From a virus: DNA of 64,000 nt. Where the stretch lies: positions 1-64,000 of the IMG/VR virus record IMGVR_UViG_3300005573_000857; one strand, written 5' to 3'. The notes below the pieces were generated by a model. It did no database searches, had not been told where the DNA came from, and saw only the letters and a list, made by a program, of their open reading frames with translations. Shown here in pieces: positions 56,801 to 64,000 of this stretch; within the stretch, counting starts at the first letter, position 1; the number at the start of each line of letters is the position of its first letter. Position numbers and translations under genes: made by a program.

Positions 56801-56957
56801 CCTCAAGAACGAATACTTAAGAACCATTCTCGGATCGGACTTCGTTAGGAGACCCGATAAGATCGACGATGTCCCAGAGGCTGTAAAACTGCTAGACTCT
56901 TATTGCTTAGTAGTCGGTGTAAAGACGAAAAGCGATAAAAAGGAGGGTAGTGAATGA
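53820..56957 (+). CDS. Phage RNA polymerase beta-like subunit, copy 2
   Basis: RDVHPS.FGR.C...TPE..NCG, PFLEHDD..R..M...MRQA, NYEDA, GDKIGNRHGNKG, KMVH, GGQRVGEME, T.KSD. Confidence 0.95.
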   Translation: MRIVNPFFHLSDGGIFELREKDYASIEQTVREMLKPAEEAGFVIKEFELRDQRPSVRELMPTLKKNLVIVLEKNNSVVNLTTQIPKLVDGNYIVISGRKKVPLFQLFDLPIVTRGKSIKLRTNVATLSLTVKDKKGESDPFYVSLNFMNKDVPFSLVLFCCYGFDRVVDMFGLDKLTELPSNSGLLGKLECDFFSYYSESKEYTQEDFVRELGRYYTSYDAKKKGEEVVYALDLIAKVDVPSSRFFTTESAVSELLQALRIGHIDDTDFRNKRIRCFEYIVLAKLARDIYNLCIASRNALRPKFSTNSKQVISECKTSSIIQYDQSLNPIDELTKLSRVSLAGPGAFTKENVPEYLRDVHPSMFGRVCSVDTPERENCGVLQSLLPKVKLTEHMRFDEEVEDKATVSIAVSMVPFLEHDDQTRLQMASSQMRQAVTLLKVEKPYIRSGCEGLYTDYSSFIKRARKNGEIVYRDESFCVVVYDDKDFDIFKVGFRKTQTENIDFLVCKHKVGDKVKAGDIVVESFFCTNGEIKIGKNLLTVLATWHGLNYEDAILISEEVRDRGDFTSLHFIDLSFVLPPNKILLDLSDDSKGKTYRPLPTPYSKIVVKRKDKVFDMQSDNEVQEEVIEDYSVVALEKGQKYAVVKEMYVDNDVEKVFEEEQVYRTERDVKIYSVNIYANKWYDKVRPFDEWVQETIRMQQKRERDFHESLYKFIPREKVQEFIRDNGLNKFTSQGSYRINGELVNGMYIEILGVYEKPINVGDKIGNRHGNKGVVNILPKEKMPLLENGRHAEVCVSPMSTISRMNVGQIFEMHLAMSLQDLKAKLLKMIEDGKSQEEMRKYLLDYIKIVDATKDNWFYNQFESQLGVIDKKFVDDLTLVQPPFESCSREQVLEACKYTNTPLECSIYDPITGEKVLNKVGFGYMYFFKMVHIAEDRLAARGIGTYSKRTLQPLGGRRNRGGQRVGEMEMCCFIAHDATENLYETLTTKSDSIDLKNEYLRTILGSDFVRRPDKIDDVPEAVKLLDSYCLVVGVKTKSDKKEGSE

Positions 56958-57805
56958 CAGAATTGCCAGATATACAGCATAATCAAGAACCAGAGCACAA
57001 GTTTTACATAAATAAGGTTGGAGTGCAAAGTGTACGCTCTCCGTTTATTCTTCAGACACGATACGGTAGTTTCCACGAATTAGTGGCAAAGATTACAATG
57101 ACTACTGATTTGGCACCTAGCATAAAGGGAATAAGTATGTCCAAACTAATAAGGACATTAAAACCTTACTTAGAGAAGCCACTTAAGCATCCTCTTATAA
57201 GAGAGATTCTACAGCGCCTCCGAGTTGAAGTTGAAACTGATTCTGCAAATAGTTCTATTAGGTTTGAGTTCCAACTCCCTGTTATAAAAGTTTCACCGAT
57301 AAGCAAACACACATTTCCAGAATACTACGATTGTGCTTTCGAAGGTTCTCTTGTCGGAGAAAAGTTCCGCTTCTTCCAGAAAGTAATTGTGCAGTATGCT
57401 TCTTATTGCCCGTGCTCTGCTTCGCTATGTGAACACTTAAAGCAAAATTCGAAGCTTGGTTTTCCGCACGCACAGAGGTCGTTCGCAGAAGTTCTTGTAG
57501 AAGTCATACCGCCAGAACTCCTTTGGCTAGAGGATATTATTGACCTTGTTGAAGATGCAGTTAAAACTATACCGTACCCGATTCTTCAAAGGGTCGATGA
57601 GCAAGAGTTAGCAAGGATTGCAGCCCAGAATGCGATGTTTGTAGAGGATGCTATAAGAAGAATTATCGCCAACTTAAATTCCTGTAGCAAAATTTACGAC
57701 TGGATTGTAAAATGTTGTCACGAAGAGTCAATCCATAAGCATGAGGCGATAGCAGTGGCTTGGAAAGGAATCAATGGGGGATTCGATGACAAGAAGTTTC
57801 TTTAA
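56954..57805 (+). CDS. folE2: GTP cyclohydrolase IB
   Basis: LPDIQ, KVGV, KGISMS, CPCS, HAQRS, R.DE, FVED..R, EESIH.H. Confidence 0.92.
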   Translation: MTELPDIQHNQEPEHKFYINKVGVQSVRSPFILQTRYGSFHELVAKITMTTDLAPSIKGISMSKLIRTLKPYLEKPLKHPLIREILQRLRVEVETDSANSSIRFEFQLPVIKVSPISKHTFPEYYDCAFEGSLVGEKFRFFQKVIVQYASYCPCSASLCEHLKQNSKLGFPHAQRSFAEVLVEVIPPELLWLEDIIDLVEDAVKTIPYPILQRVDEQELARIAAQNAMFVEDAIRRIIANLNSCSKIYDWIVKCCHEESIHKHEAIAVAWKGINGGFDDKKFL

Positions 57806-57824
57806 GAAAAAGGAGAAATAAAAT

Positions 57825-58169
57825 ATGGAAAGAAAAAAGCTACTACAACTTTACGAAAAAGAAAGAAGGTACCAAGACAGCGTCTTTGGTGACCCTAAAA
57901 AGAATCCCAATTTAAATGTAGCTAGTTTTCTGCTTTTTATTAAAACGTATGTCGACAGAGCAGCAAGCGAATACTTAAATAAATGGGATTCAGAAGTTCC
58001 TGAGTGGTTCAATGGAAGTATAGAATATTCGACACAAGAAACAGCTCCAGTGAAAACGTATGAAGATCTGGTTAAGATTATGGCCTTGGCCGGAGCGGCT
58101 TTAGAAGCGTTTGTAGAAATTGAACCAGAGTATTGGAGAACGGAAGGAGTAAAAAAGAAATGGCTATAG
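57825..58169 (+). CDS. MazG-like all-alpha NTP pyrophosphohydrolase-like protein
   Basis: ERRYQD..FG ... EDLVKIMALAGAALE; the acidic EExxE motif looks degenerate. Confidence 0.5.
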   Translation: MERKKLLQLYEKERRYQDSVFGDPKKNPNLNVASFLLFIKTYVDRAASEYLNKWDSEVPEWFNGSIEYSTQETAPVKTYEDLVKIMALAGAALEAFVEIEPEYWRTEGVKKKWL

Positions 58170-58330
58170 AAAAAAAGACTGACGAACTAGAAGTGCAAAA
58201 AGTACAAGAAACGCAAGAGCAAGACTTGCTGAAAGTTGGCGACACTTTCATGTTCCGTGGTATAGAGTACGTAGTTACATACTACAACAGTGGCAAGAAA
58301 AGATGGACAGTACAAGTTTACAAATCGTAG
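58160..58330 (+). CDS. Small hypothetical protein
   Basis: ATG after AAGGAG; LKVGD.F beta-barrel-like. Confidence 0.5.
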   Translation: MAIEKKTDELEVQKVQETQEQDLLKVGDTFMFRGIEYVVTYYNSGKKRWTVQVYKS

Positions 58331-58344
58331 AGGGAGGGACGAAG

Positions 58345-59097
58345 ATGGAGGAGAACTTGTTGGACTATTTGCCAAAGACAAAGTCATTTGACGAACCTGC
58401 GCCTGAGGAACCAAAGAAAGTTAGAGAAGTACAGTGTAGGAATATAGAGCCGATACCAGATATACAGACTATCTCTTTGTTCGACTGGTTCGAAGAACAT
58501 AAGAGCGAGTTTGGTAATATTGTTAAGAGCGGCAAGATGAGTCTTACTGGAGTAGAGCGGGGAGAGCATCTCCTTGTAACAATTCCGGATTCTCGGGGAG
58601 GTTTTGCGTCAGATGGATTTCCAAGGAGATTTCCAGTACTCATTCACTGGGTCTCGAAGATAAGAGTTCTAAACTTGAAACCAATCGAGTTTGAGTTCTT
58701 CCAGAACTCTTTATTTAGAGTTCTGTACGATGTCAATGAGGCAATTAAAATAAGAGCGTACTACACGAAGACTGGGCTCATCGTAACATTCTGCTACGTA
58801 ACAGTATCCGACAGGATTGTTCCGTATAATAAAACGAAGATTCGTAACAACGAGAAGTCTGTAAAAGTTCCTTTGCCAGACGCGGTCTTTATCGAAAGAG
58901 CGATGTTTGAGAAAGCGGATACGGAAATGGCGTCGGTTCTTTATAGCAAGTTATCTAAGGAAGAGAAGTACAAGATAAAGACGTTTAAAGACCTCATTGA
59001 CTGGTTTACCCAGCGTGGCAAAGGTGTCACTGACGTAAACCACCTAGCCCAGATTGACGACGTGTGCATCTATGTTCTTAACAAGATAAGAGTGTAG
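58345..59097 (+). CDS. Hypothetical protein
   Basis: GGAGG SD; 250 aa. Confidence 0.65.
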   Translation: MEENLLDYLPKTKSFDEPAPEEPKKVREVQCRNIEPIPDIQTISLFDWFEEHKSEFGNIVKSGKMSLTGVERGEHLLVTIPDSRGGFASDGFPRRFPVLIHWVSKIRVLNLKPIEFEFFQNSLFRVLYDVNEAIKIRAYYTKTGLIVTFCYVTVSDRIVPYNKTKIRNNEKSVKVPLPDAVFIERAMFEKADTEMASVLYSKLSKEEKYKIKTFKDLIDWFTQRGKGVTDVNHLAQIDDVCIYVLNKIRV

Positions 59098-59102
59098 AGT
59101 AA

Positions 59103-59137
59103 AGAAAGAGAGGTTTTCAAGAACCTCTCTTTCTCTT
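59103..59137 (+). terminator. Hairpin terminator (possibly bidirectional)
   Basis: AGAAAGAGAGGTT-ttcaag-AACCTCTCTTTCT. Confidence 0.65.
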
Positions 59138-59147
59138 AAGGAAGCAA

Positions 59148-59870
59148 ATGAAAATTCTGTCTAAAAAACTTTACTTAACTGACGTCTATTCCTACGACAT
59201 TTCAGCTTGCCATTATACTATTCTAAAGAAACTGGGTTACGATATGTCCCAAATTCCAGAGCACGATAAAGCCGCAAGAAACATAGAAATCGGTCTTAGG
59301 ATGAGAGACAACCCAAGCTTAACTACTATCTTGCGAAGTGTTACTGAATCTTTAATTTCGGAGTACATTGTTAGGAACTCAATTAGCGAAGAAGACTTAG
59401 TCTTAAGACAGTACGACGGAATTTTAACTACGAAAAAACTAGTCGAAACTGACTCTTTTCTACCGTTAGAACTACGCGGAATCTTTGATGTTTTTCTGGC
59501 CTCTTCTGACCGTACAAAGTTCGTTGGTAAATACAAGAACGGCGAATTTGTGGCAAAAGGCGTTCCCTATCTATATGAAAACATTGAAAAATTTTTAGAG
59601 AAAATTCTAACTGCGGATGCTTGCAGCAAAAGTGCGTTATTTAGCCGACTGCAAAGAATACGAGACGAGTTTTTCGCAGTGAATGACCCTCTTGTATTTT
59701 GCATTCCAACTGACGACGAAAAGTTTCTAGTGACGCTAAAAGGCTACGGTCAGGTAAGAGTCTCAAAAAGTGCTACGAAAATGATATCTTGCTTGGACAT
59801 CGATAAGCAGTCGTACTGGAATTTCTATTTGCGACCTTTCTGTGAGTCTTTAGTGATTGAGTTTGGATAA
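59148..59870 (+). CDS. Minimal family-B DNA polymerase-like palm protein
   Basis: YSYDISACHY (motif A-like), RQYDGIL (motif C-like), AKG; no exonuclease domain. Confidence 0.5.
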   Translation: MKILSKKLYLTDVYSYDISACHYTILKKLGYDMSQIPEHDKAARNIEIGLRMRDNPSLTTILRSVTESLISEYIVRNSISEEDLVLRQYDGILTTKKLVETDSFLPLELRGIFDVFLASSDRTKFVGKYKNGEFVAKGVPYLYENIEKFLEKILTADACSKSALFSRLQRIRDEFFAVNDPLVFCIPTDDEKFLVTLKGYGQVRVSKSATKMISCLDIDKQSYWNFYLRPFCESLVIEFG

Positions 59871-59875
59871 GGGAG

Positions 59876-60301
59876 GTGTTTTACGTTATGACTAAACAAG
59901 TGAAATCAATAAGGATCTGGAGTTTAGAACAAGCTCCAGACAACTACAAGAGGAAGTTCTCGAAAGATATACGAGCAAAGACCAGAGGGTGGCTTGTTGT
60001 AGTACCACAGCACCTGGCAACAAGCTACCCGAAGGAGTTGGAAGAACTAAGTAGTGGGGAAGTAAATTATGCAGTCTGCGAGAACGGAGATATTTGTTTT
60101 ATCGAGCTCGAGGAGGAAGAAGTTCCAGATCACTTAGAGAATGACGAACTCGATGAAGCAGACTGGCCGTTCGTGGTCGAAGTTCTAGACAGGGAAATGG
60201 AATACCAACTCAGGAGTTGGATTCCAGAGCACGTTGAAGACCTTGTGGGCTTTATAGATCGTATAGAAGAAGTTAGGGAGAAAAAACATGCTCGCAAATG
60301 A
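59876..60301 (+). CDS. Acidic hypothetical protein
   Basis: GGAGG SD. Confidence 0.55.
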   Translation: MFYVMTKQVKSIRIWSLEQAPDNYKRKFSKDIRAKTRGWLVVVPQHLATSYPKELEELSSGEVNYAVCENGDICFIELEEEEVPDHLENDELDEADWPFVVEVLDREMEYQLRSWIPEHVEDLVGFIDRIEEVREKKHARK

Positions 60302-60884
60302 AGCAGTTCTTAACTTAGGCTCTGGAAAAATTCTTCCAGGAGAGTTTCAAAACTGTTTTTTGGTAAACCTGGATACATGCTATTATGGGGGGTCTAAAGC
60401 AAAAGTTATCGAAAGAGCTTACGAGAGAAAGTGGCTATCTAAGAAAGAGCCAGCTACTTTTTTCTGTACTGAAGATGCTTTCACTTTTCTTGAGAGGACG
60501 AGAATCATTTTCGATACTATTGTAGCTTACAGGTTTCTAGAGCACATCCATCCAAGTAAGCTGCTTTATCTTATCCACTTAATGTATGAGTGCTTACGGC
60601 CAAAGGGAAGAGTTATTGGGCTAACACCAGACTACGAAATTCTGGCGAAAAGAATTCTGAGAGAAGATCCGTTTTCTCCAGATTTTGAGAAAGAAAATAT
60701 TGTAACTACTACTGAACTACTCAATGAGCCGAATTCCCCCCACTGTAGTATATGGACTCAAAAAAGAGCTTTCTACTACTTTACTTACGAAGGTAAGTTT
60801 AAACTAACTTCAATAGAATCTCCGTTTTCTTACGATGGACGGAACATCTACATGAAATTCATTGCAGAAAGGAGTACTCTATGA
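60288..60884 (+). CDS. Class I SAM-dependent methyltransferase-like protein
   Basis: LNLGSG, NLD, DAF, FLEHI, LRPKG......PD. Confidence 0.75.
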   Translation: MLANEAVLNLGSGKILPGEFQNCFLVNLDTCYYGGSKAKVIERAYERKWLSKKEPATFFCTEDAFTFLERTRIIFDTIVAYRFLEHIHPSKLLYLIHLMYECLRPKGRVIGLTPDYEILAKRILREDPFSPDFEKENIVTTTELLNEPNSPHCSIWTQKRAFYYFTYEGKFKLTSIESPFSYDGRNIYMKFIAERSTL

Positions 60885-61111
60885 GACAGCTTACAAAAGA
60901 AGAAATAAAGAAGTTAGCAAGTGTTCCTGGAGTTAGGAGAATAGCAGTAGAGAACTTCTTGTTTACTCTGACGAATAATAGAACCCCAGGTGAAGCCCTC
61001 CGAAATCTAGAGTACGACGCAAAGTTGTACAAGTGGGATGCCAAAACTGTTGGCGTTATAAAGAAGGGTATTAGGATGGCGATGAGAGAGGACATAAATG
61101 CAACAACTTAA
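60881..61111 (+). CDS. Hypothetical protein
   Basis: ATGA overlap; SD. Confidence 0.6.
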   Translation: MRQLTKEEIKKLASVPGVRRIAVENFLFTLTNNRTPGEALRNLEYDAKLYKWDAKTVGVIKKGIRMAMREDINATT

Positions 61112-61511
61112 GGACGTCATATTGAAGACACCTTTTAAGAGAATCGAAAAAGACCTGTCTAAGTTCTTTAAAAAGGGCAGAAAAACTAAGTCTCTACGAG
61201 CTTACAGAATCCTGTACTCTAACCTAAAAAGGAAAAGAGCAAAACCGTCTGACGTAATCGTTTGCTTTAAGAAGAGGGGTAAAGAGTGTTGGGAAGTTTA
61301 TGGCAAAAGTGCCACAACTGGACAAGAGTTTGCTCTTGATTATAGTACTTTTTCTGACTGGTTAGGCTTTAACTTGCAAAGAGTTCCACTTTCTTTAGAG
61401 CAAGCTCTTTCTGCTATTCTATGGGAAATGACCTTCTACGGTTTGACTGATTCTAAGGTCTACAAGGAGCGTCGGACTTTGAGGCGCCTGCTAAAAGAAA
61501 GGAGACGTTAG
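61098..61511 (+). CDS. Basic hypothetical protein
   Basis: LWEMTFYG motif; operonic. Confidence 0.6.
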   Translation: MQQLKDVILKTPFKRIEKDLSKFFKKGRKTKSLRAYRILYSNLKRKRAKPSDVIVCFKKRGKECWEVYGKSATTGQEFALDYSTFSDWLGFNLQRVPLSLEQALSAILWEMTFYGLTDSKVYKERRTLRRLLKERRR

Positions 61512-61694
61512 GTGTTAAGTGAGTCCTGTATAAAAATAGAAGAGCCCAATTTGGAAGTTAAGATAGCGAATCTGAATATATTTCTTGTCGAAAAGAGAAC
61601 ACTACTAAATCGAGTGAAGTGGAAACTTTTTTCCAAGCTATTTCCAATTAAGTACCGCTGGATAAAAAAGGAGAAAAAGCATGGCGAACTTTAG
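61512..61694 (+). CDS. Small hypothetical protein
   Basis: Abuts both neighbours. Confidence 0.4.
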   Translation: MLSESCIKIEEPNLEVKIANLNIFLVEKRTLLNRVKWKLFSKLFPIKYRWIKKEKKHGEL

Positions 61695-62526
61695 TGAAAG
61701 AATGGCAGCTGCTGGTGTCGAAGAGTACAAAAGTGGCTGCTTTAAGTATGTAGATGACATTAGCGTTGTCTGCTATAAGAAAGTAACAACTTCAGATCAA
61801 GACAACATCCCATTCTACGCCGTTTTTACTGCTTGTAAACCGCACGAACCACTTCGTTTTGCTGGATTTGTTTCTGAGTACTACAACTTTATTGGTAATC
61901 GAGTTCTTATTAACAAGATAAAAGAGTCTGTACAAGAAACAGGAACTGTGGTTCTTAAAGAAGCTACAGCTTTTAACTCTCGAAAGACGAGCATGATACA
62001 CGAAATTGTAGTAAGTAGTGGTTCTGCACAGGAAGGAGACATTCTTCCAGAAATTGCAGTCCAGAATTCGTACGACGGAACTTGGCAAGCTAAAGTCTTG
62101 TTTGGTTTGTGTGTTGCTGGTACTAAGCTAGTTTTTAGAACGAAGCTTGGATCTTTCTCTCAAGTGCATTCTGTTGCTTCCAAAAGTCGCTTAACAGGAG
62201 CAATTGCCTCTTATTTCGTCACTTTTAAGGAAAACATTACTGAGTTAGTGTCTCTAAATTTTAAGAACAAACTAACCGAAGACGACGTTCTAAGAACTCT
62301 CGAGTTAGTCGAAAGGATCGGTAAGAAAAAGAGACAAGTAGTGTCAGAGTACCTCGCAGAAATGTCAGGACCAGTAACTGCGTGGAATATGTTTCTGGCG
62401 ATTACAAAGTTTTCTTCCACAGAGAAGAACATAAATACTAGAATTCTACTTGAGAATATAGCGGAAAGGGTTCTTGTTTTACCCCAGAAAATGCTTAACT
62501 TATGTGAGGAGGAAGAAACACAATGA
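61681..62526 (+). CDS. DUF932-like protein
   Basis: VSEYY..I.N, NSYDG...A...FGL, H, T.WNMF.AIT. Confidence 0.65.
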   Translation: MANFSERMAAAGVEEYKSGCFKYVDDISVVCYKKVTTSDQDNIPFYAVFTACKPHEPLRFAGFVSEYYNFIGNRVLINKIKESVQETGTVVLKEATAFNSRKTSMIHEIVVSSGSAQEGDILPEIAVQNSYDGTWQAKVLFGLCVAGTKLVFRTKLGSFSQVHSVASKSRLTGAIASYFVTFKENITELVSLNFKNKLTEDDVLRTLELVERIGKKKRQVVSEYLAEMSGPVTAWNMFLAITKFSSTEKNINTRILLENIAERVLVLPQKMLNLCEEEETQ

Positions 62527-62813
62527 CAATAAACGAGCTTTTGAGTCTGACGAAGATTATTAGAGAAAGAATTAACGACTTGCAGGAGCTGAAGAAGCAG
62601 GTTAGTATTAGAGAAAGATTCTACTCTCCAACTGAGAAAGTTGTTGAGCCAAGGTATGACGTTGTGGCAGTAGACAAAAAGATCCAAGAACTTCGCCTGT
62701 TCCTCTTTAGAGCAGATGCTCTCGTAAAAGCGGCAAACGCTAGAACTGAAATTTCTATCGACGTAAATATAGAAAAACTCCTAGAACCTTTGCCGGAAGC
62801 AGGAACTAGATAA
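62523..62813 (+). CDS. Small coiled-coil protein (DIP1984/DUF6847-like)
   Basis: MTINELL...I.ERI..L..L......E........P.YD...VD..I..L......D..VK.ANA.T. Confidence 0.5.
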   Translation: MTINELLSLTKIIRERINDLQELKKQVSIRERFYSPTEKVVEPRYDVVAVDKKIQELRLFLFRADALVKAANARTEISIDVNIEKLLEPLPEAGTR

Positions 62814-62819
62814 ACAGGT

Positions 62820-63019
62820 AAGCGAGCAAAAGAGATAGAAACGCAAGTTAGAAACTTCCTTGTCACTGGTATACACCAGAGTGGGTATTGTAAGTGGGCT
62901 TAAAACAATTTTACTATGTTGTTGATTTTAAAAGCCCACGACAGACCCACACTTTTAGTTGGTTGTTGTAACGGTTTGGAAACCACTAACTTGCTTTCTC
63001 TCTTTGCTCGCTTTTTTTT
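62820..63019 (+). ncRNA. Putative ~195-nt multi-branched structured RNA
   Basis: The 5' arm 62820-62851 pairs with the 3' arm 62986-63013; three internal stems; terminal U-tract. Confidence 0.65.
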
Positions 63020-63022
63020 CGC

Positions 63023-64000
63023 TTAGTAACAGGCTGACAAAGAGCTTTCTAATTTCTCGATTGCTTCGTCTACTTCTTGTTCTTTTAAAATAAGTGGCGG
63101 GCAAAACCTGATTGAAGATTGGCCGCAGGGGAGAGCTAATAAGCCGTTTCGGAAGCACTTTTCGATAATAAGACTTCTTTCCGCTCCAGCTGGCTCTTTT
63201 CGAGTGCGGTCTCTTACAATTTCAATTGCAACCATTAAACCTTTTCCTCTAACATCACCAATCACTTCAAACTTCTCAGCTAGTTGCTTTAGCTTTGCAA
63301 TTAGATAATTCCCAACTCTTTCGACGTTTTCGAGTAATTCTTGTACAACTTCTATTGTGGCAAGAGCAGCAGCACACGAAACTGGGTTACCACCGAACGT
63401 GCTACCGTGAGAACCAGCACTCCAGTCAGTTACTAGCGAGTCTTTTGCTACCATAGCTCCTAGTGGAAGACCAGACGCTATTCCTTTTGCTAGTGTGAAG
63501 ATATCTGGATCTACGTGGAAATGTTCACACGCAAACATTTTACCTGTTCTTCCAAACCCAGTTTGGACTTCGTCAGCTATAAATAAGATGTCATTCTCTT
63601 TGCATAAGTTGTAGAGCTTTGGCAGATAGTCGTCAGGAGGAACTACATATCCTCCTTCTCCAAGAATTGGCTCTATAAAAACGGCTGCTACTTCTTCTGC
63701 AGGAACTGCTTTTTCTAGTACTTCTCTAATGAAAGAAAGGCATTGCATACCGCAAGAGGGGTACTCTAACTTAAAGAAACATCTATAACAATAAGGATAA
63801 GGAACGAATACTGTTGGTAAGAGACTACCATAACCTTTTTTGTTCGAGCTTTTATTTGACGTAATAGATAGAGAACCGAATGTTCGACCATGAAAAGAAC
63901 CTATAAAAGAGATGAAGAAGTTCTTTCTTGTAGAAAAGCGGGCTAGCTTCATTGCTGCTTCGTTTGCTTCTGCGCCAGAATTACAAAGAAAAGCTTTTCT
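63023..64000 (-). CDS. Class III PLP aminotransferase (4-aminobutyrate/acetylornithine type), 5'-truncated
   Basis: Open to the window end (RKAFLCNSGAEANEAA); SFHGRT, IEPI.GEGG, DEVQTGFGRTG, AKG, HGSTFGGNP. Confidence 0.92.
   Translation of the reverse strand, partial: RKAFLCNSGAEANEAAMKLARFSTRKNFFISFIGSFHGRTFGSLSITSNKSSNKKGYGSLLPTVFVPYPYCYRCFFKLEYPSCGMQCLSFIREVLEKAVPAEEVAAVFIEPILGEGGYVVPPDDYLPKLYNLCKENDILFIADEVQTGFGRTGKMFACEHFHVDPDIFTLAKGIASGLPLGAMVAKDSLVTDWSAGSHGSTFGGNPVSCAAALATIEVVQELLENVERVGNYLIAKLKQLAEKFEVIGDVRGKGLMVAIEIVRDRTRKEPAGAERSLIIEKCFRNGLLALPCGQSSIRFCPPLILKEQEVDEAIEKLESSLSACY

Noticed and set aside
10394-56957. Inteins or introns in RNR, RecA, topoisomerase or RNAP genes
   Set aside because: Motifs are contiguous with normal spacing; no C..HN splice junctions or frame breaks seen.
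164-62866. Numerous short minus-strand ORFs in the track
   Set aside because: They are antisense shadows of well-supported + strand genes, with no SD or motifs.
62820-63019. tRNA or tmRNA
   Set aside because: No T-loop GTTC motif, cloverleaf or CCA end; no tRNA was recognised anywhere in the window.
1-64000. Stop-codon reassignment
   Set aside because: Conserved genes are full length under code 11 and end in TAG, TGA or TAA directly before the next SD/start.

Overview
This 64 kb window (~38% GC, standard genetic code, strong AGGAGG ribosome-binding sites) is almost entirely + strand and densely coding. It reads as part of a large tailed-phage (jumbo myovirus-like) genome, not a cellular chromosome. 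Core content: a T4-style replication/recombination kit (clamp loader, primase, sliding clamp, 5'-3' exonuclease, RecA/UvsX, SF2 helicase, Mre11/Rad50, RuvC, type IIA topoisomerase, class II RNR), myovirus neck and baseplate genes (gp13-, gp53- and gp5-like), and two separate unsplit beta'/beta RNA polymerase pairs. Most notable: (1) a ThiF/E1-like gene with a possible C-terminal ubiquitin-like beta-grasp domain, followed by an HPN..C E2-like gene, just upstream of the second RNAP operon (candidate phage protein-conjugation system); (2) codon-identical patches shared by the two otherwise diverged beta' genes, including the catalytic motif; (3) an iteron-like origin behind a Rep-like gene; (4) a ~195-nt multi-stem RNA behind a small coiled-coil gene; (5) an 'NSSS'-motif protein coupled to a radical SAM enzyme; (6) FolE2 + QueD and other nucleotide enzymes pointing to modified DNA. 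All family calls come from reading motifs by eye; no searches were run.
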